A DNA stretch of 59,924 nt from positions 1 through 59,924 of the forward strand of contig JBDLJL010000005.1 of the NCBI GenBank assembly GCA_039714415.1, written 5' to 3'. Under the pieces are notes generated by a model. The model was not told where the DNA came from. It searched no databases and saw only the letters and a list, made by a program, of their open reading frames with translations. The DNA is from Bacteroidota bacterium (GTDB lineage: Bacteria > Bacteroidota > Bacteroidia > Bacteroidales > NBLH01). Position numbers and translations under genes: made by a program. Shown here piece by piece: positions 1-9,522 of the stretch. Positions within the stretch are counted from its first letter, which is position 1, and each line of letters begins with the position of its first letter.

Positions 1-836
1 CTATGGCTACTTGCAGATTGGAAATGTGTCTGTTGAAGGCGCACACTGCATAGCCAGGTCGTTGGTGTGCCACGATGCTGTAGTTTTCCAGCAGGTGCAA
101 ATCCTGCCTAAGCAATTTGCTGTTCACTTAGAAGAGATGCAGACAGATAACTTCGTGAGGAGGATGCTGAAGCTTTGTATTCTCAAATAACCAAGCTGTA
201 ATGCGAAAGTGTGAACCCGTAGTAGCTTCGAGAAGGCAAACCGTAGAAGGGGAGAGTTTCGACGGTCTCGAACCCTGTTATGTTGTGTGGATTAACAGTG
301 AAATGAAGCATAACGATCTACCGGAGTCATAGGGGTTGCGTGGTTATAGATGGAAAATTACGGAACGTGGGAGATCTCTTGTTTTAAGGGCTAGCAACCC
401 TAAACAACCAGATATAAGTATAGCGAAGTTCTGGAGGGAAACAAGAGAAGTCGGAGAAGCCCATAGTACTGTTTGACCCAAAGGACATCAAAACCTTTGG
501 TTAGGGAAGGGGCTTTACTTTAGAGATGCGAATATATAACTGATACCTTCAGTACTGGCATTGTCCTATTTGGCTGAATTTAACAGGTAGTTGGTTTTAA
601 ATGTCGCTATACATTTGATCAAACGGGAAGGGAAGGTTTAAGTGGTTTAGGTAGCTACTGAATTATACTTTTACCGGGTAGATTTCTGTGAATATCAAAT
701 GAAGAACTCTATCGGTAAGCCGTATGAGGGAAAACTTCACGTACGGTTTGATGAAGGGGGTACTGATAGTTTGCTTTTAATTATTACTTTTATAAATAAT
801 AATTTGAGTGGGCTATCAGGCTCTACTCTACTATGT
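1..836 (+). ncRNA. Group II intron ribozyme RNA, partial or ORF-less (domain V at 717-749, domain VI-like helix 756-831). The 5' boundary is unresolved and may lie upstream of the window.
   Basis: 717-749 AAGCCGTATGAGGGAAAACTTCACGTACGGTTT matches the group II domain V consensus: AGC triad, 2-nt bulge, GAAA-type loop. A DVI-like helix follows, with A830 unpaired near the 3' end. The region is clearly more G+C-rich than its surroundings, has many complementary segments, and has no ORF >=60 aa on either strand. Confidence 0.7.
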
Positions 837-960
837 AATTCCAGAAATTGAAAACTAAATTTTCAAATCGACAATAAGGTTTTGAAAATACATGTTATTT
901 CTTACATGAAACTTTAAATACTATCCAGTGATTAACAGGAATAAAACTTGACCTTATCCA

Positions 961-1779
961 ATGTTCATGAAAAAGTTATTTCAAATATTAAAAGCCTCAG
1001 TTTTATTGATTATTGCATTTTTTGTAATCAGATATATTTTCCATAGATACATTAATGTTAATTGTAGATTAATACCTTGTAAAATAAGTACAAGCAAATT
1101 GGATCCTTCTAATCCTGAATACCAAATAATGACATTTGGAGAATTCGATTTCAGGATTCCTATTGAATGGGAAGATAATGGTAGCCAGTTTGAGGAAATT
1201 GGCAACATAAGCGGTTATTTAGAAAATAGTAAAATCAGGTTTTATTATTGCTACCATAGTGCAATTCAAGTAAAGCCGACTACAATGCCACTGAACAAGT
1301 ATTTATATGAATCGAGGTTTGATCTCATGATAATGGGGGAAGAAATAATCATAAAAGAGACTGATTCGATGAAAGAAGTAACTTACAAGTGGCCTCCTGA
1401 TTTTTTAACATCAGATACATTAAGGACTGGAGTTTTAACAGATTCAGTAATAAACCTTTATCCAAATTATAAATCTGATTTAAAGGAACGAATAAAACCA
1501 AATTATTATTCATTGACTAAATATCATGATTCTGTTTATTTTGTCCCAATAAAAGTCCCGCAAATCATTGTTAATTCAGACATTTTGCAGTTTGTTAAAG
1601 ACTCCAACTCATATCACATTATTCGTCCAAAGAATAAAAAAAATGGTTATACTTCAATTGAAATAAACAGTGATAATAGGTTTTATTTTGCTTTGTTTGG
1701 CGAAAATTTGGACTCCATAACTCAGGAAATCTTAATTGATGCAGGAAAATCAGTAAAGTTTAATAAAAGTCAAAATTAA
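961..1779 (+). CDS. Hypothetical protein with an N-terminal membrane anchor
   Basis: 272-aa ORF with a hydrophobic N-terminal helix (ASVLLIIAFFVIRYIF). I recognise no family motif. Confidence 0.55.
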   Translation: MFMKKLFQILKASVLLIIAFFVIRYIFHRYINVNCRLIPCKISTSKLDPSNPEYQIMTFGEFDFRIPIEWEDNGSQFEEIGNISGYLENSKIRFYYCYHSAIQVKPTTMPLNKYLYESRFDLMIMGEEIIIKETDSMKEVTYKWPPDFLTSDTLRTGVLTDSVINLYPNYKSDLKERIKPNYYSLTKYHDSVYFVPIKVPQIIVNSDILQFVKDSNSYHIIRPKNKKNGYTSIEINSDNRFYFALFGENLDSITQEILIDAGKSVKFNKSQN

Positions 1780-1897
1780 CTACATACAATAAATAGGACT
1801 TTGAGCGGTCGGCACGACCCAGCGATTATTCCAAAAAATGCCTATACTTAATATGGGCTACAAGGTAAATTGAAAGAGTTTTGCTTTGCGAAACCCC

Positions 1898-1920
1898 GCC
1901 AAATTGTTGATTTGGCTTTT
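1898..1920 (+). terminator. Hairpin plus T-run, possible intrinsic terminator downstream of the 961-1779 gene
   Basis: GCCAAAT-tgttg-ATTTGGC followed by TTTT. The same arm is repeated in inverted form at 1942-1957. Confidence 0.35.
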
Positions 1921-2110
1921 AAAAATGATGAAATAAAAACAAAATCAACGATTTGGCTATATGCTTACTGGAAATTCTATACATTTGTTCCCATACATAA
2001 GCATAGGCTAGCGTTGTGTTTATGGGACAAAAAGTCGCACAATTTCTGTATATGAACTATTATTTATATTTTTGGGACGCGTTAAATAAAAAAGGTGTAA
2101 AAAGGGACAT

Positions 2111-3175
2111 ATGCGAAAGCTTGATAAATTACCTCCTCAAATAGACAAAGTTGAAACTGTTGAAATTTTAAGGCAGTTAAGCAAAAGTGCTAATGTTCTT
2201 GGAGAATTAAAAGGTGTTGCTAAAACTATTCCTAATCAGGCAATGTTAATTAATGCAGTAGTGTTACAAGAAGCTAAGGATAGTTCTGAGATTGAAAATA
2301 TAATTACAACACAAGATGCTTTATACAAAGCATTAACAACACAAAGTAAACAACCAGAACAGGTTAAAGAAGTAATTAATTATAGAAAAGCAATATTCAC
2401 CGGTTTTGCTATAATCAAGAAACAAGGATTCTTACGCTTGTTAGATGTTGAAGCAATACAAAGAACAATTGTTGAAAATGAAGCAGGTATTAGAAGCATG
2501 TCTGGCACTGTTTTGAAAAATGATAAAACAGGAGAAGTTGTTTATACTCCACCACAAGAAAAAGATGAAATATTAGACTTAATAAGTAATTTCTTGGAAC
2601 ATTTTAATTTAGAACAAACAGATCTGCACCCCTTGATAAATCTTGCAATATTACATTATCAATTTGAAAGTATTCACCCATTTTACGATGGAAATGGAAG
2701 AACAGGAAGGATATTAAATATACTGTATTTGATAATCAATAATTTATTAGATATCCCAATTTTATATTTAAGTTCTTATATAAATCAAAACAAATCTGAT
2801 TATTATAGATTGCTGAATAACACAAATAAAAATGAAGAATGGGAAGAGTATATTTTATATATCCTAAAAGGTGTTGAAGAAACTTCAATTAAAACAATTG
2901 AAAAAATTAATGATATAAAGAATTTACTTGATAAAACAATAGAAATAGCAAAAAATAAAGCAGCAAAGATTTACCGAAAAGAATTAATAGAACTGCTTTT
3001 TGAGCAGCCATATTCAAAAATTGAGTATGTAGTTGAAAGACTTAATGTAGAAAGAAAAGCTGCGTCAAGGTATTTAAAAGCTTTGGAAAATATAGGGATC
3101 TTAAAATCACAAAAAGTTGGAAGAGAAACAATTTATATAAACGAGAATTTAATAGAAATATTGAAAAAATACTAA
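2111..3175 (+). CDS. fic: Fic family protein (AMPylase-type, class II, with intrinsic inhibitory helix) and a C-terminal winged-helix domain
   Basis: Canonical Fic motif HPFYDGNGRTGR. N-terminal inhibitory motif [ST]xxxE[GN] present as SSEIEN. The C-terminal region (RKAASRYLKALENIGILK) is wHTH-like. Confidence 0.9.
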   Translation: MRKLDKLPPQIDKVETVEILRQLSKSANVLGELKGVAKTIPNQAMLINAVVLQEAKDSSEIENIITTQDALYKALTTQSKQPEQVKEVINYRKAIFTGFAIIKKQGFLRLLDVEAIQRTIVENEAGIRSMSGTVLKNDKTGEVVYTPPQEKDEILDLISNFLEHFNLEQTDLHPLINLAILHYQFESIHPFYDGNGRTGRILNILYLIINNLLDIPILYLSSYINQNKSDYYRLLNNTNKNEEWEEYILYILKGVEETSIKTIEKINDIKNLLDKTIEIAKNKAAKIYRKELIELLFEQPYSKIEYVVERLNVERKAASRYLKALENIGILKSQKVGRETIYINENLIEILKKY

Positions 3176-3277
3176 ACACAAACGGTAATAATGCATAGCT
3201 TGCCGCAGGCGCAACCCAAGCTACGCATCATACCCAAGGACCGTTACAGGTGATTGGAAATAAAGAACTCTAAAGTA

Positions 3278-4198
3278 ATGAATAATGAAATAGATGTAAG
3301 ACTATATGATAGCTTTTCAGATATTCCATTTGGAGGCAACATAGCTGGTATTGTCTTTGAAAGAGATGAATTTGGGTTAGATGATAAATCAAGGCAACTT
3401 ATTGCTAGAGAGTTAGCCGCACCTACAACAGGATTTTTGAAGCAAATAAACAATAACGAATTCAGTATACAATTTTTTAGTTCTACTTCAGAGATGGACA
3501 TGTGCGGGCATGTTACAATAGCAGCTTTTGCTGCCGCTTATGATGAAAATAAGATTGTGCTAGATAATAACAATAATGCAGAAATAATTTTATCGACGAA
3601 AGCTGGGAAAATAAAAATTTCTATATCAAAAAACTCAAAATATAAAGTTCATATTCAAATTAAGCAAAGACCACCTAATTTTGAAAGATTTGATTTAGAT
3701 GAAGATGTTTTTGTTAAAAATCTGGGAATTCGTAGGAGTGAATTATCCGAAAATTTACCTATTGGCATAGTTTCAACTGGTTTACGTCATCTATTTGTCG
3801 GCCTTATTAATATTGAGACACTAAGTGCAATTAAAACCAATGATGAAGCATTATTCGAATTCAGTAGAATCAACAAAATAGACACAATTGGACTTTATGC
3901 AATGAGTAAGGTAACTGGTATTACATTAAGATTGAGAGATTTTTGTCATGGAGTTGGAAATCCTGAAGAATCAGCGTCGGGAACTACGAATGGTGCACTA
4001 GCTTGTCATCTTACGAAATTTGGTATATTATCACCAAGCAAAAAGGGTAAGGTGAAAATGGTAGCTCAGCAAGGATTTGAAATGAAACGACCTAGCATAG
4101 TTAAAACTGAGTTAACAGTTAATGAAAAATTAAACATAACTGATGTTTATGTCAGTGGGTCAGCTTACAGAGTAATGTCTGGGAAGTTGTATTACTAA
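3278..4198 (+). CDS. PhzF-family isomerase-like protein
   Basis: PhzF-like blocks: FGGNIAGIVF, E..MCGHVTIAA, and C-terminal ESASGTTNGALACHL. The ATG at 3278 is preferred over the TTG at 3254. Confidence 0.75.
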   Translation: MNNEIDVRLYDSFSDIPFGGNIAGIVFERDEFGLDDKSRQLIARELAAPTTGFLKQINNNEFSIQFFSSTSEMDMCGHVTIAAFAAAYDENKIVLDNNNNAEIILSTKAGKIKISISKNSKYKVHIQIKQRPPNFERFDLDEDVFVKNLGIRRSELSENLPIGIVSTGLRHLFVGLINIETLSAIKTNDEALFEFSRINKIDTIGLYAMSKVTGITLRLRDFCHGVGNPEESASGTTNGALACHLTKFGILSPSKKGKVKMVAQQGFEMKRPSIVKTELTVNEKLNITDVYVSGSAYRVMSGKLYY

Positions 4199-4225
4199 CT
4201 TCAAGAACTATATTAAAAAACGAGA

Positions 4226-4462
4226 ATGAAAAACATACCTGTATCTTTGAATAAAGAAATTGAAGCTATGAAGAATATAACTATACCTGTTAATATACCT
4301 CACAATTTGATGATTACTTTGAATGAATCTGAACAAGAATTAAAATCTCATTTTCAAGTAGCAATTGCCATAATGCTTTTTCAAGAGGGGAAATTAACAA
4401 TAGGAAAAGCTATTCAATTATCAGGATTAACACGTTATGAATTTGAAAAGTCATTAGCTTAA
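4226..4462 (+). CDS. UPF0175-family antitoxin-like protein
   Basis: 78 aa. The C-terminal AIAIMLFQEGKLTIGKAIQLSGLTRYEFEKSLA matches the UPF0175 pattern (EGKLSLGKAAELAG..R.EF). It sits directly upstream of a DUF3368-type gene. Confidence 0.7.
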   Translation: MKNIPVSLNKEIEAMKNITIPVNIPHNLMITLNESEQELKSHFQVAIAIMLFQEGKLTIGKAIQLSGLTRYEFEKSLA

Positions 4463-4534
4463 AACAAAATCCCTTTATCAAGCATAAATATTGACCAAAT
4501 AAACTCAGATTTCAATAAATTAAGAAATTTGTAA

Positions 4535-4908
4535 ATGAAATTAATAATTGCTGACACAGGTCCATTAATTTCTCTGGGAATAGTTGGGAGAATCGATTTG
4601 ATTGAAAAAGTATTCGGAGAATATTACATTGCTAATGATGTGTGGGAAGAGCTTCTGTCTTATGATAATCCTGAATTTGATAAAACTTTATTAACTGAAG
4701 TAAAAAAACACGTATTAAAAATATTGCAGAATCATTTGATTTAAATTGCATTGGGACAATTGGACTATTGATTAAAGCGAAGCATAAAGGATTCATCAAA
4801 GAGTTAAGGCCGACATTTGAAACTTGGCTAAAAAATGAACGATATTTTGCTATTAAATTAATTAACAATATTCTTAAACAAGAAGGAGAAAAAGGAATAA
4901 AAATGTAA
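4535..4908 (+). pseudogene. DUF3368 (PIN-like) toxin gene, frameshifted and internally shortened
   Basis: The N-terminal MKLIIADTGPLISLGIVGRIDLIEKVFG is typical of DUF3368. That frame stops at 4744. A different frame, open from 4699, encodes the typical C-terminal half (..NCIGTIGLLIKAKHKGFIKELRPTFETWL..) and stops at 4908. The two frames overlap across the A7 run in 4701-4710. The central acidic GExE/DD block expected for the family is missing. Confidence 0.65.
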
Positions 4909-5144
4909 AGGAAAACGAAACCTAAAAAGCTAAAAAATCATGCAGGCAAAATTGTAAACTGGAAGTTCGGAACAAATAATAATCCCCGCCAAATTTTCAA
5001 TTTAATCCACTTTTTTAAATTATCTTGAGGTACTAATGAGCAAAAGGTTGGTTTTTAAAAAGGATTATATTGAAGATTTATTTTAAACCACATTATCGGC
5101 TTTTCACAATTTTAGTAACTTGGGCTCACTAAAATAGTACTAAG

Positions 5145-7298
5145 ATGAAAAAATTATTACCACTTGCATTCATACTCATATTTTTAAATTGCAATCAAAA
5201 AGTTGAGTACAGTTATTTATTTCAAAATCCGGAATTGCCTTTTGAACAAAGAGTTGACAATCTGATTTCTCAATTAACACTTGAAGAAAAAGCTTCGCTT
5301 ATGCTCTATAATAGCCCGGCTATTGAGCGTTTAGGTATTCAGGAATATAACTGGTGGAACGAATGTTTGCATGGTGTGGCACGTGCAGGAAAGGCAACTG
5401 TTTTTCCACAGGCAATTGGATTGGGGGCTACTTTTGATGAGAAACTTATAAACAAAGTAGCTGAAGTTATTTCTGACGAGGCCAGGGCAAAACATCATGA
5501 AGCCGTTAGGAAAGGGAATTTCGCCCAATATACTGGCTTGTCCTTTTGGTCACCCAATGTGAATATTTTTCGAGATCCCAGATGGGGCAGGGGACAAGAA
5601 ACCTATGGTGAGGATCCATACCTGACAGGTGTGTTGGGAAGCGAATTTGTCAAAGGCCTGCAGGGCGATAATGAAAAATACTTGAAAGTCTCAGCCGGGG
5701 CAAAACATTTTGCCGTACATAGTGGGCCGGAAAAAAGCAGGCATCATTTTAATGCTTTACCAAAACAGGATGATTTTTATGATACCTACTTACCCGCTTT
5801 TAAAGTTTTGATAGATGCCGGGGTTGAATCTGTAATGTGTGCTTATAACCGTCTTTATGATGAAGCTTGTTGTGGAAGTCCATTTCTTTTGGATAGTCTT
5901 TTACGACAGGAATGGGGTTTTGAAGGGCATGTTGTTTCAGATTGCTGGGCTTTGGATGATATTTGGGCAAGGCACAAAATTGAAGAAGATAAAATAAATG
6001 CAGCTGTAGTAGCATTAAAATCAGGTGTAAACCTAAACTGCGGTTATTTGTATAAGTATTTGCCCGAAGCAGTTGAAAAAGATTTAATTGATGAAATAGA
6101 AATTGATCAGGCACTGAAACCATTGCTGTTAACTCGTTTTAAATTAGGTTTATTTGACCCTGATGATAGGGTTTCTTTCTCAAAACTATCAGTTAATGTG
6201 GTTAATTCTGAAAAACATAAACAGTTGGCCTATGAAGCGGCTGCAAAATCTGTGGTTTTATTAAAAAATAATGGGATTTTACCTTTGGGCAGAAAAGAGC
6301 TGAAAAAACTTTTTGTGACCGGACCTACAGCCATGGATGTTAAGGCTTTAGTTGGTAATTATAATGGTTTCTCAGCTAATATGGTAACAATTCTTGAAGG
6401 CATTATGGGGAAAGTTGATGAAGGAACAGTTGTAAATTATAGTCAGGGGTGTTTATTGAATACAGATAGTGTTTTTAATGGTTTTTGGCAGGCAGGTATG
6501 TCTGATGTTGTGGTTGCTTCACTGGGTATGAATTATCTTTTGGAAGGTGAAGATGGTGATGCTATGTTAAACAATAATGGTGGTGACCGTATTTCAATAA
6601 AATTACCAAGAAACCAAATAGAATTCATACGTCTTTTAAGGGAAAAAATAGGTGATAAGCCTCTTATTGTGGTTATAACAGGTGGAAGTGCCATCGCTAT
6701 TCCTGAAATACTTAATTTGGCTGATGCTGTGTTGTTTGCCTGGTATCCTGGTGAACAAGGTGGTAAAGCAGTGGCAGATATAATTTTTGGAGATGTAAAT
6801 CCTTCTGGCAGATTACCTGTTACTTTTTACAAATCAGTTGATGATTTACCAGCTTTTGATGATTATAATATGCAGGGAAGAACCTATCGTTTTTTTCAGG
6901 GAGAAACTTTATTTCCTTTTGGTTATGGCTTAAGTTATACAACTTTTGATTTTAAAAATTTCAAAACGAATAAAGAAATTTATAATCAGGATGAAATTAT
7001 ACAACTTTCTTTATCAGTTGAGAACACTGGAGGTTTTGATGGTGATGACGTTATTCAGGTTTATTACAAATCAGTTAATAGTCAGCTAAATAAACCTATT
7101 AAATCTTTAATCCGATTTAATAGATTGAGTATAAAGAAAGGAGAAAATAAAACAATTGAAATTTCTGTTCCGGTTAAAGAAATGGCACTTTGGGATATTA
7201 ATGAAAAAAAATATGTAGTTGAACCGGGCAAATATCAACTTCTAGTTTCAAAAAATGCTAATGACGTTATTTTACTTAAAGAAATTGAGATTAGGTAG
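5145..7298 (+). CDS. bglX: Glycoside hydrolase family 3 (beta-glucosidase/beta-xylosidase type), lipoprotein signal
   Basis: GH3 blocks: RDPRWGRGQETYGEDP, KHFAVHSGPE, nucleophile region GHVVSDCWAL. C-terminal fibronectin-like domain. N-terminal LAFILIFLNC lipobox-like signal. Confidence 0.9.
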   Translation: MKKLLPLAFILIFLNCNQKVEYSYLFQNPELPFEQRVDNLISQLTLEEKASLMLYNSPAIERLGIQEYNWWNECLHGVARAGKATVFPQAIGLGATFDEKLINKVAEVISDEARAKHHEAVRKGNFAQYTGLSFWSPNVNIFRDPRWGRGQETYGEDPYLTGVLGSEFVKGLQGDNEKYLKVSAGAKHFAVHSGPEKSRHHFNALPKQDDFYDTYLPAFKVLIDAGVESVMCAYNRLYDEACCGSPFLLDSLLRQEWGFEGHVVSDCWALDDIWARHKIEEDKINAAVVALKSGVNLNCGYLYKYLPEAVEKDLIDEIEIDQALKPLLLTRFKLGLFDPDDRVSFSKLSVNVVNSEKHKQLAYEAAAKSVVLLKNNGILPLGRKELKKLFVTGPTAMDVKALVGNYNGFSANMVTILEGIMGKVDEGTVVNYSQGCLLNTDSVFNGFWQAGMSDVVVASLGMNYLLEGEDGDAMLNNNGGDRISIKLPRNQIEFIRLLREKIGDKPLIVVITGGSAIAIPEILNLADAVLFAWYPGEQGGKAVADIIFGDVNPSGRLPVTFYKSVDDLPAFDDYNMQGRTYRFFQGETLFPFGYGLSYTTFDFKNFKTNKEIYNQDEIIQLSLSVENTGGFDGDDVIQVYYKSVNSQLNKPIKSLIRFNRLSIKKGENKTIEISVPVKEMALWDINEKKYVVEPGKYQLLVSKNANDVILLKEIEIR

Positions 7299-7303
7299 GA
7301 TTA

Positions 7304-8212
7304 TTATTCTTTTAATGTTGATATTATTTTATTATCTGAAAAAACCGTCTCGTTTAGCTTTTGATTCAATTGTTTGGCTATTTTATTATAAAATCTTCTT
7401 TGTTTAAAACTTAACACCCACCTTATGCCAGTTATAGCATTTGTAAAAAACAGTTCATCCGCAGCCATTATATCTGATAATTTTATTGGAACATCATCAA
7501 AAACAGTAAACTTTTCTTTTTTAGCAATATCTATTATTTTTTTTCGCATAATTCCGTCAAGACAGCCACTTTTTAAAGAGGGCGTATAAATATTTTTCTC
7601 TTTAACAATAAAAATATTGGAACTTATTCCTTCTACAATATTTCCTTTTTCATTGATTATCAAACATTCATCCAACTTGTTGTCTGATTTAAAAATACCA
7701 GCCATAACGTATAAAATGGAACTGGTTGTTTTTAAGCCTGATAATATGTTAGCTGGCTTTTGAATTTCTTCAAAAATATCAATATTGAAACCTTTGGTAT
7801 TTAAAACATATTGATCCTGTTTCAGATGTTCTGTTCGAATCAAATAGTTTATCTCGTTAGTTTCAGGACTATAAAAACCTCCACATTGCCTAAAGACAGT
7901 CATACGTACGCGGCCACCTTTATAAATCCTATTTTTAGTTAATAGTTTAGTGATTTCTTTTTGTAAGCCTAAGGTGTCAATACTAAATCGTACAGGAACT
8001 TCCATTTTTAGTATCTTCATGCTACTTATCAGGCGTTCCATATGTTCATAAAAGAATTGAACCTCTGAACCAAGTGCATGCATAGTTTCAAATAGTCCAT
8101 CACCATATTGAAATGCCCTGTTATTAAATTCAAGTTTAAATTCTTCTGTTAGGATAATCTTTCCGTTATAACTTATGTATTTTGATTCTTTCATTTCCGT
8201 TTCCTTTAACAC
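7304..8212 (-). CDS. Class IV aminotransferase-fold protein (aminodeoxychorismate lyase / branched-chain aminotransferase type)
   Basis: FQYGDGLFET block, plus a length and layout typical of PLP fold-type IV enzymes. Confidence 0.75.
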   Translation of the reverse strand: MLKETEMKESKYISYNGKIILTEEFKLEFNNRAFQYGDGLFETMHALGSEVQFFYEHMERLISSMKILKMEVPVRFSIDTLGLQKEITKLLTKNRIYKGGRVRMTVFRQCGGFYSPETNEINYLIRTEHLKQDQYVLNTKGFNIDIFEEIQKPANILSGLKTTSSILYVMAGIFKSDNKLDECLIINEKGNIVEGISSNIFIVKEKNIYTPSLKSGCLDGIMRKKIIDIAKKEKFTVFDDVPIKLSDIMAADELFFTNAITGIRWVLSFKQRRFYNKIAKQLNQKLNETVFSDNKIISTLKE

Positions 8213-8215
8213 AAC

Positions 8216-8725
8216 TTAATTCCTGTCTACTAAAAAAGAATAATCACTATTGGTAATTTCTTCAAATAAATTGCTGTTTGCTTTAACTTTAATTCCTTTA
8301 ATTCCCAATTTTTCAGCAGCTTCTATATCTCTTTCCGAATCACCAATCATAAATGAATCTGGAATGCTAATATTGAATCTGGAAATTGCTTTTTCAATCA
8401 TTAATGAATCAGGTTTTCTACAAATACAGTTTTCAATGTCGGAGTGGTGGGGACAATAATAACTTTCTGAAATTTTAATATTTGACCGGGTAAAAAGTGA
8501 ATTAATGTGCTCGTTAAGTTTTTCTATATCTGCCTTAGAGTATTTATTTTTTGATACACCACCTTGGTTTGAAATAATAATCAATAAATAACCCTTTTTT
8601 ATAAGCAAATTTAATGTTTCTATTACTCCTTGATTTAATTTGAAATCATCTGCTTTATAAACATAATAATGATTAGCATTTGAGTTAATAACCCCATCCC
8701 GATCTAAGAATACTGCTTTGTTCAT
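8216..8725 (-). CDS. gmhB: HAD-IIIA phosphatase, D,D-heptose 1,7-bisphosphate phosphatase-like
   Basis: FLDRDGVIN nucleophile motif. Zn-type CPHH...CICRKP motif. GDSERD motif IV. Confidence 0.7.
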   Translation of the reverse strand: MNKAVFLDRDGVINSNANHYYVYKADDFKLNQGVIETLNLLIKKGYLLIIISNQGGVSKNKYSKADIEKLNEHINSLFTRSNIKISESYYCPHHSDIENCICRKPDSLMIEKAISRFNISIPDSFMIGDSERDIEAAEKLGIKGIKVKANSNLFEEITNSDYSFLVDRN

Positions 8726-8788
8726 TATCTAAAATTTATTATTGTATATTGATTACTATCCTTGTTAATAGTTAATCAACAATCATTA

Positions 8789-9400
8789 TCATCCATTCAA
8801 AAGTCCGTTCCAGAAAGTATTAAACAAGTCAGGGTTTATAATCAAAGGAAATAGAAAACCGAAAATAGCACCCGTAATATGAGCTTCATGATTTATATTA
8901 TCTGTATTCTTTTTACTCATGTACTGTGAGTATACCAGGTATGCAATTCCAAAAACAAATCCCGGAATAGGAATAGGAATTAAAAAAATATAAATACTCA
9001 TCCTGGGATCAAAAAATATGCTGGCAAAGAGGACTGCTGCAACTGCACCAGAGGCACCAATTGAATTGTACCAATGATTATTTTTATGTTTTATTATTGA
9101 AGGGATGGCAGAAACTACTATACCAATGATATAGAGCAGGACAAACATGAGTTTTCCATGTTCAAAAAAGTGATTGAAATACATTTCAGCTGACCTTCCG
9201 AAAAAGAAAAGGGTGAACATGTTAAAACCTAAGTGTGTCCAGTCTGCATGTAAAACGGCATGGGAAATTACCCTGAAAAACTCCTTTCTATGAAAGATCA
9301 TATAAGGGTTTAACTTTAATTTATCAAAAATCTCCCTGTTCCTGAAACCAGCAATTGAAACTAAACTTGTTAATATTATTATAAATAATGTTATACTCAT
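8789..9400 (-). CDS. Rhomboid-family intramembrane serine protease
   Basis: HADWTHLGFNM, catalytic GASGAV, and the AHITGA histidine helix. About 6 TM segments. Confidence 0.85.
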   Translation of the reverse strand: MSITLFIIILTSLVSIAGFRNREIFDKLKLNPYMIFHRKEFFRVISHAVLHADWTHLGFNMFTLFFFGRSAEMYFNHFFEHGKLMFVLLYIIGIVVSAIPSIIKHKNNHWYNSIGASGAVAAVLFASIFFDPRMSIYIFLIPIPIPGFVFGIAYLVYSQYMSKKNTDNINHEAHITGAIFGFLFPLIINPDLFNTFWNGLLNG

Positions 9401-9522
9401 TGTACAAATTGAATGTTTATTTTAACAAATGTGCAAAGGTAAAAAAAATAAAAAAGACTACCCACTTTAAAAGTGAATAGCCCATTTATTCAGCATTAAT
9501 GATTATTATTCAATAATAATCA

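Noticed and set aside
2-190. Frame-2 reading frame open from the window edge for 62 codons (..GYLQIGNVSVEGAHCIARSLVCHD..). Considered as the C-terminus of an intron-encoded reverse transcriptase.
   Set aside because: It shows no RT, maturase or endonuclease motifs. It would leave more than 500 nt between its stop and domain V, far too long for domain IV. The region fits structured ribozyme RNA better.
1870-2055. 61-aa ORF in the spacer upstream of fic
   Set aside because: It overlaps the hairpin and inverted-repeat structure (1898-1957). It has no motif and no convincing start context. It is probably non-coding.
3181-3245. G+C-rich compound hairpin between fic and the PhzF-like gene (AACGG...GCATAGCTTG/CAAGCTACGC...CCGTT). 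Considered as a small RNA or riboswitch.
   Set aside because: It is short and matches no known core that I recognise. There is no T-run. Most simply it is a transcript-end or insulating hairpin, with too little signal to call.
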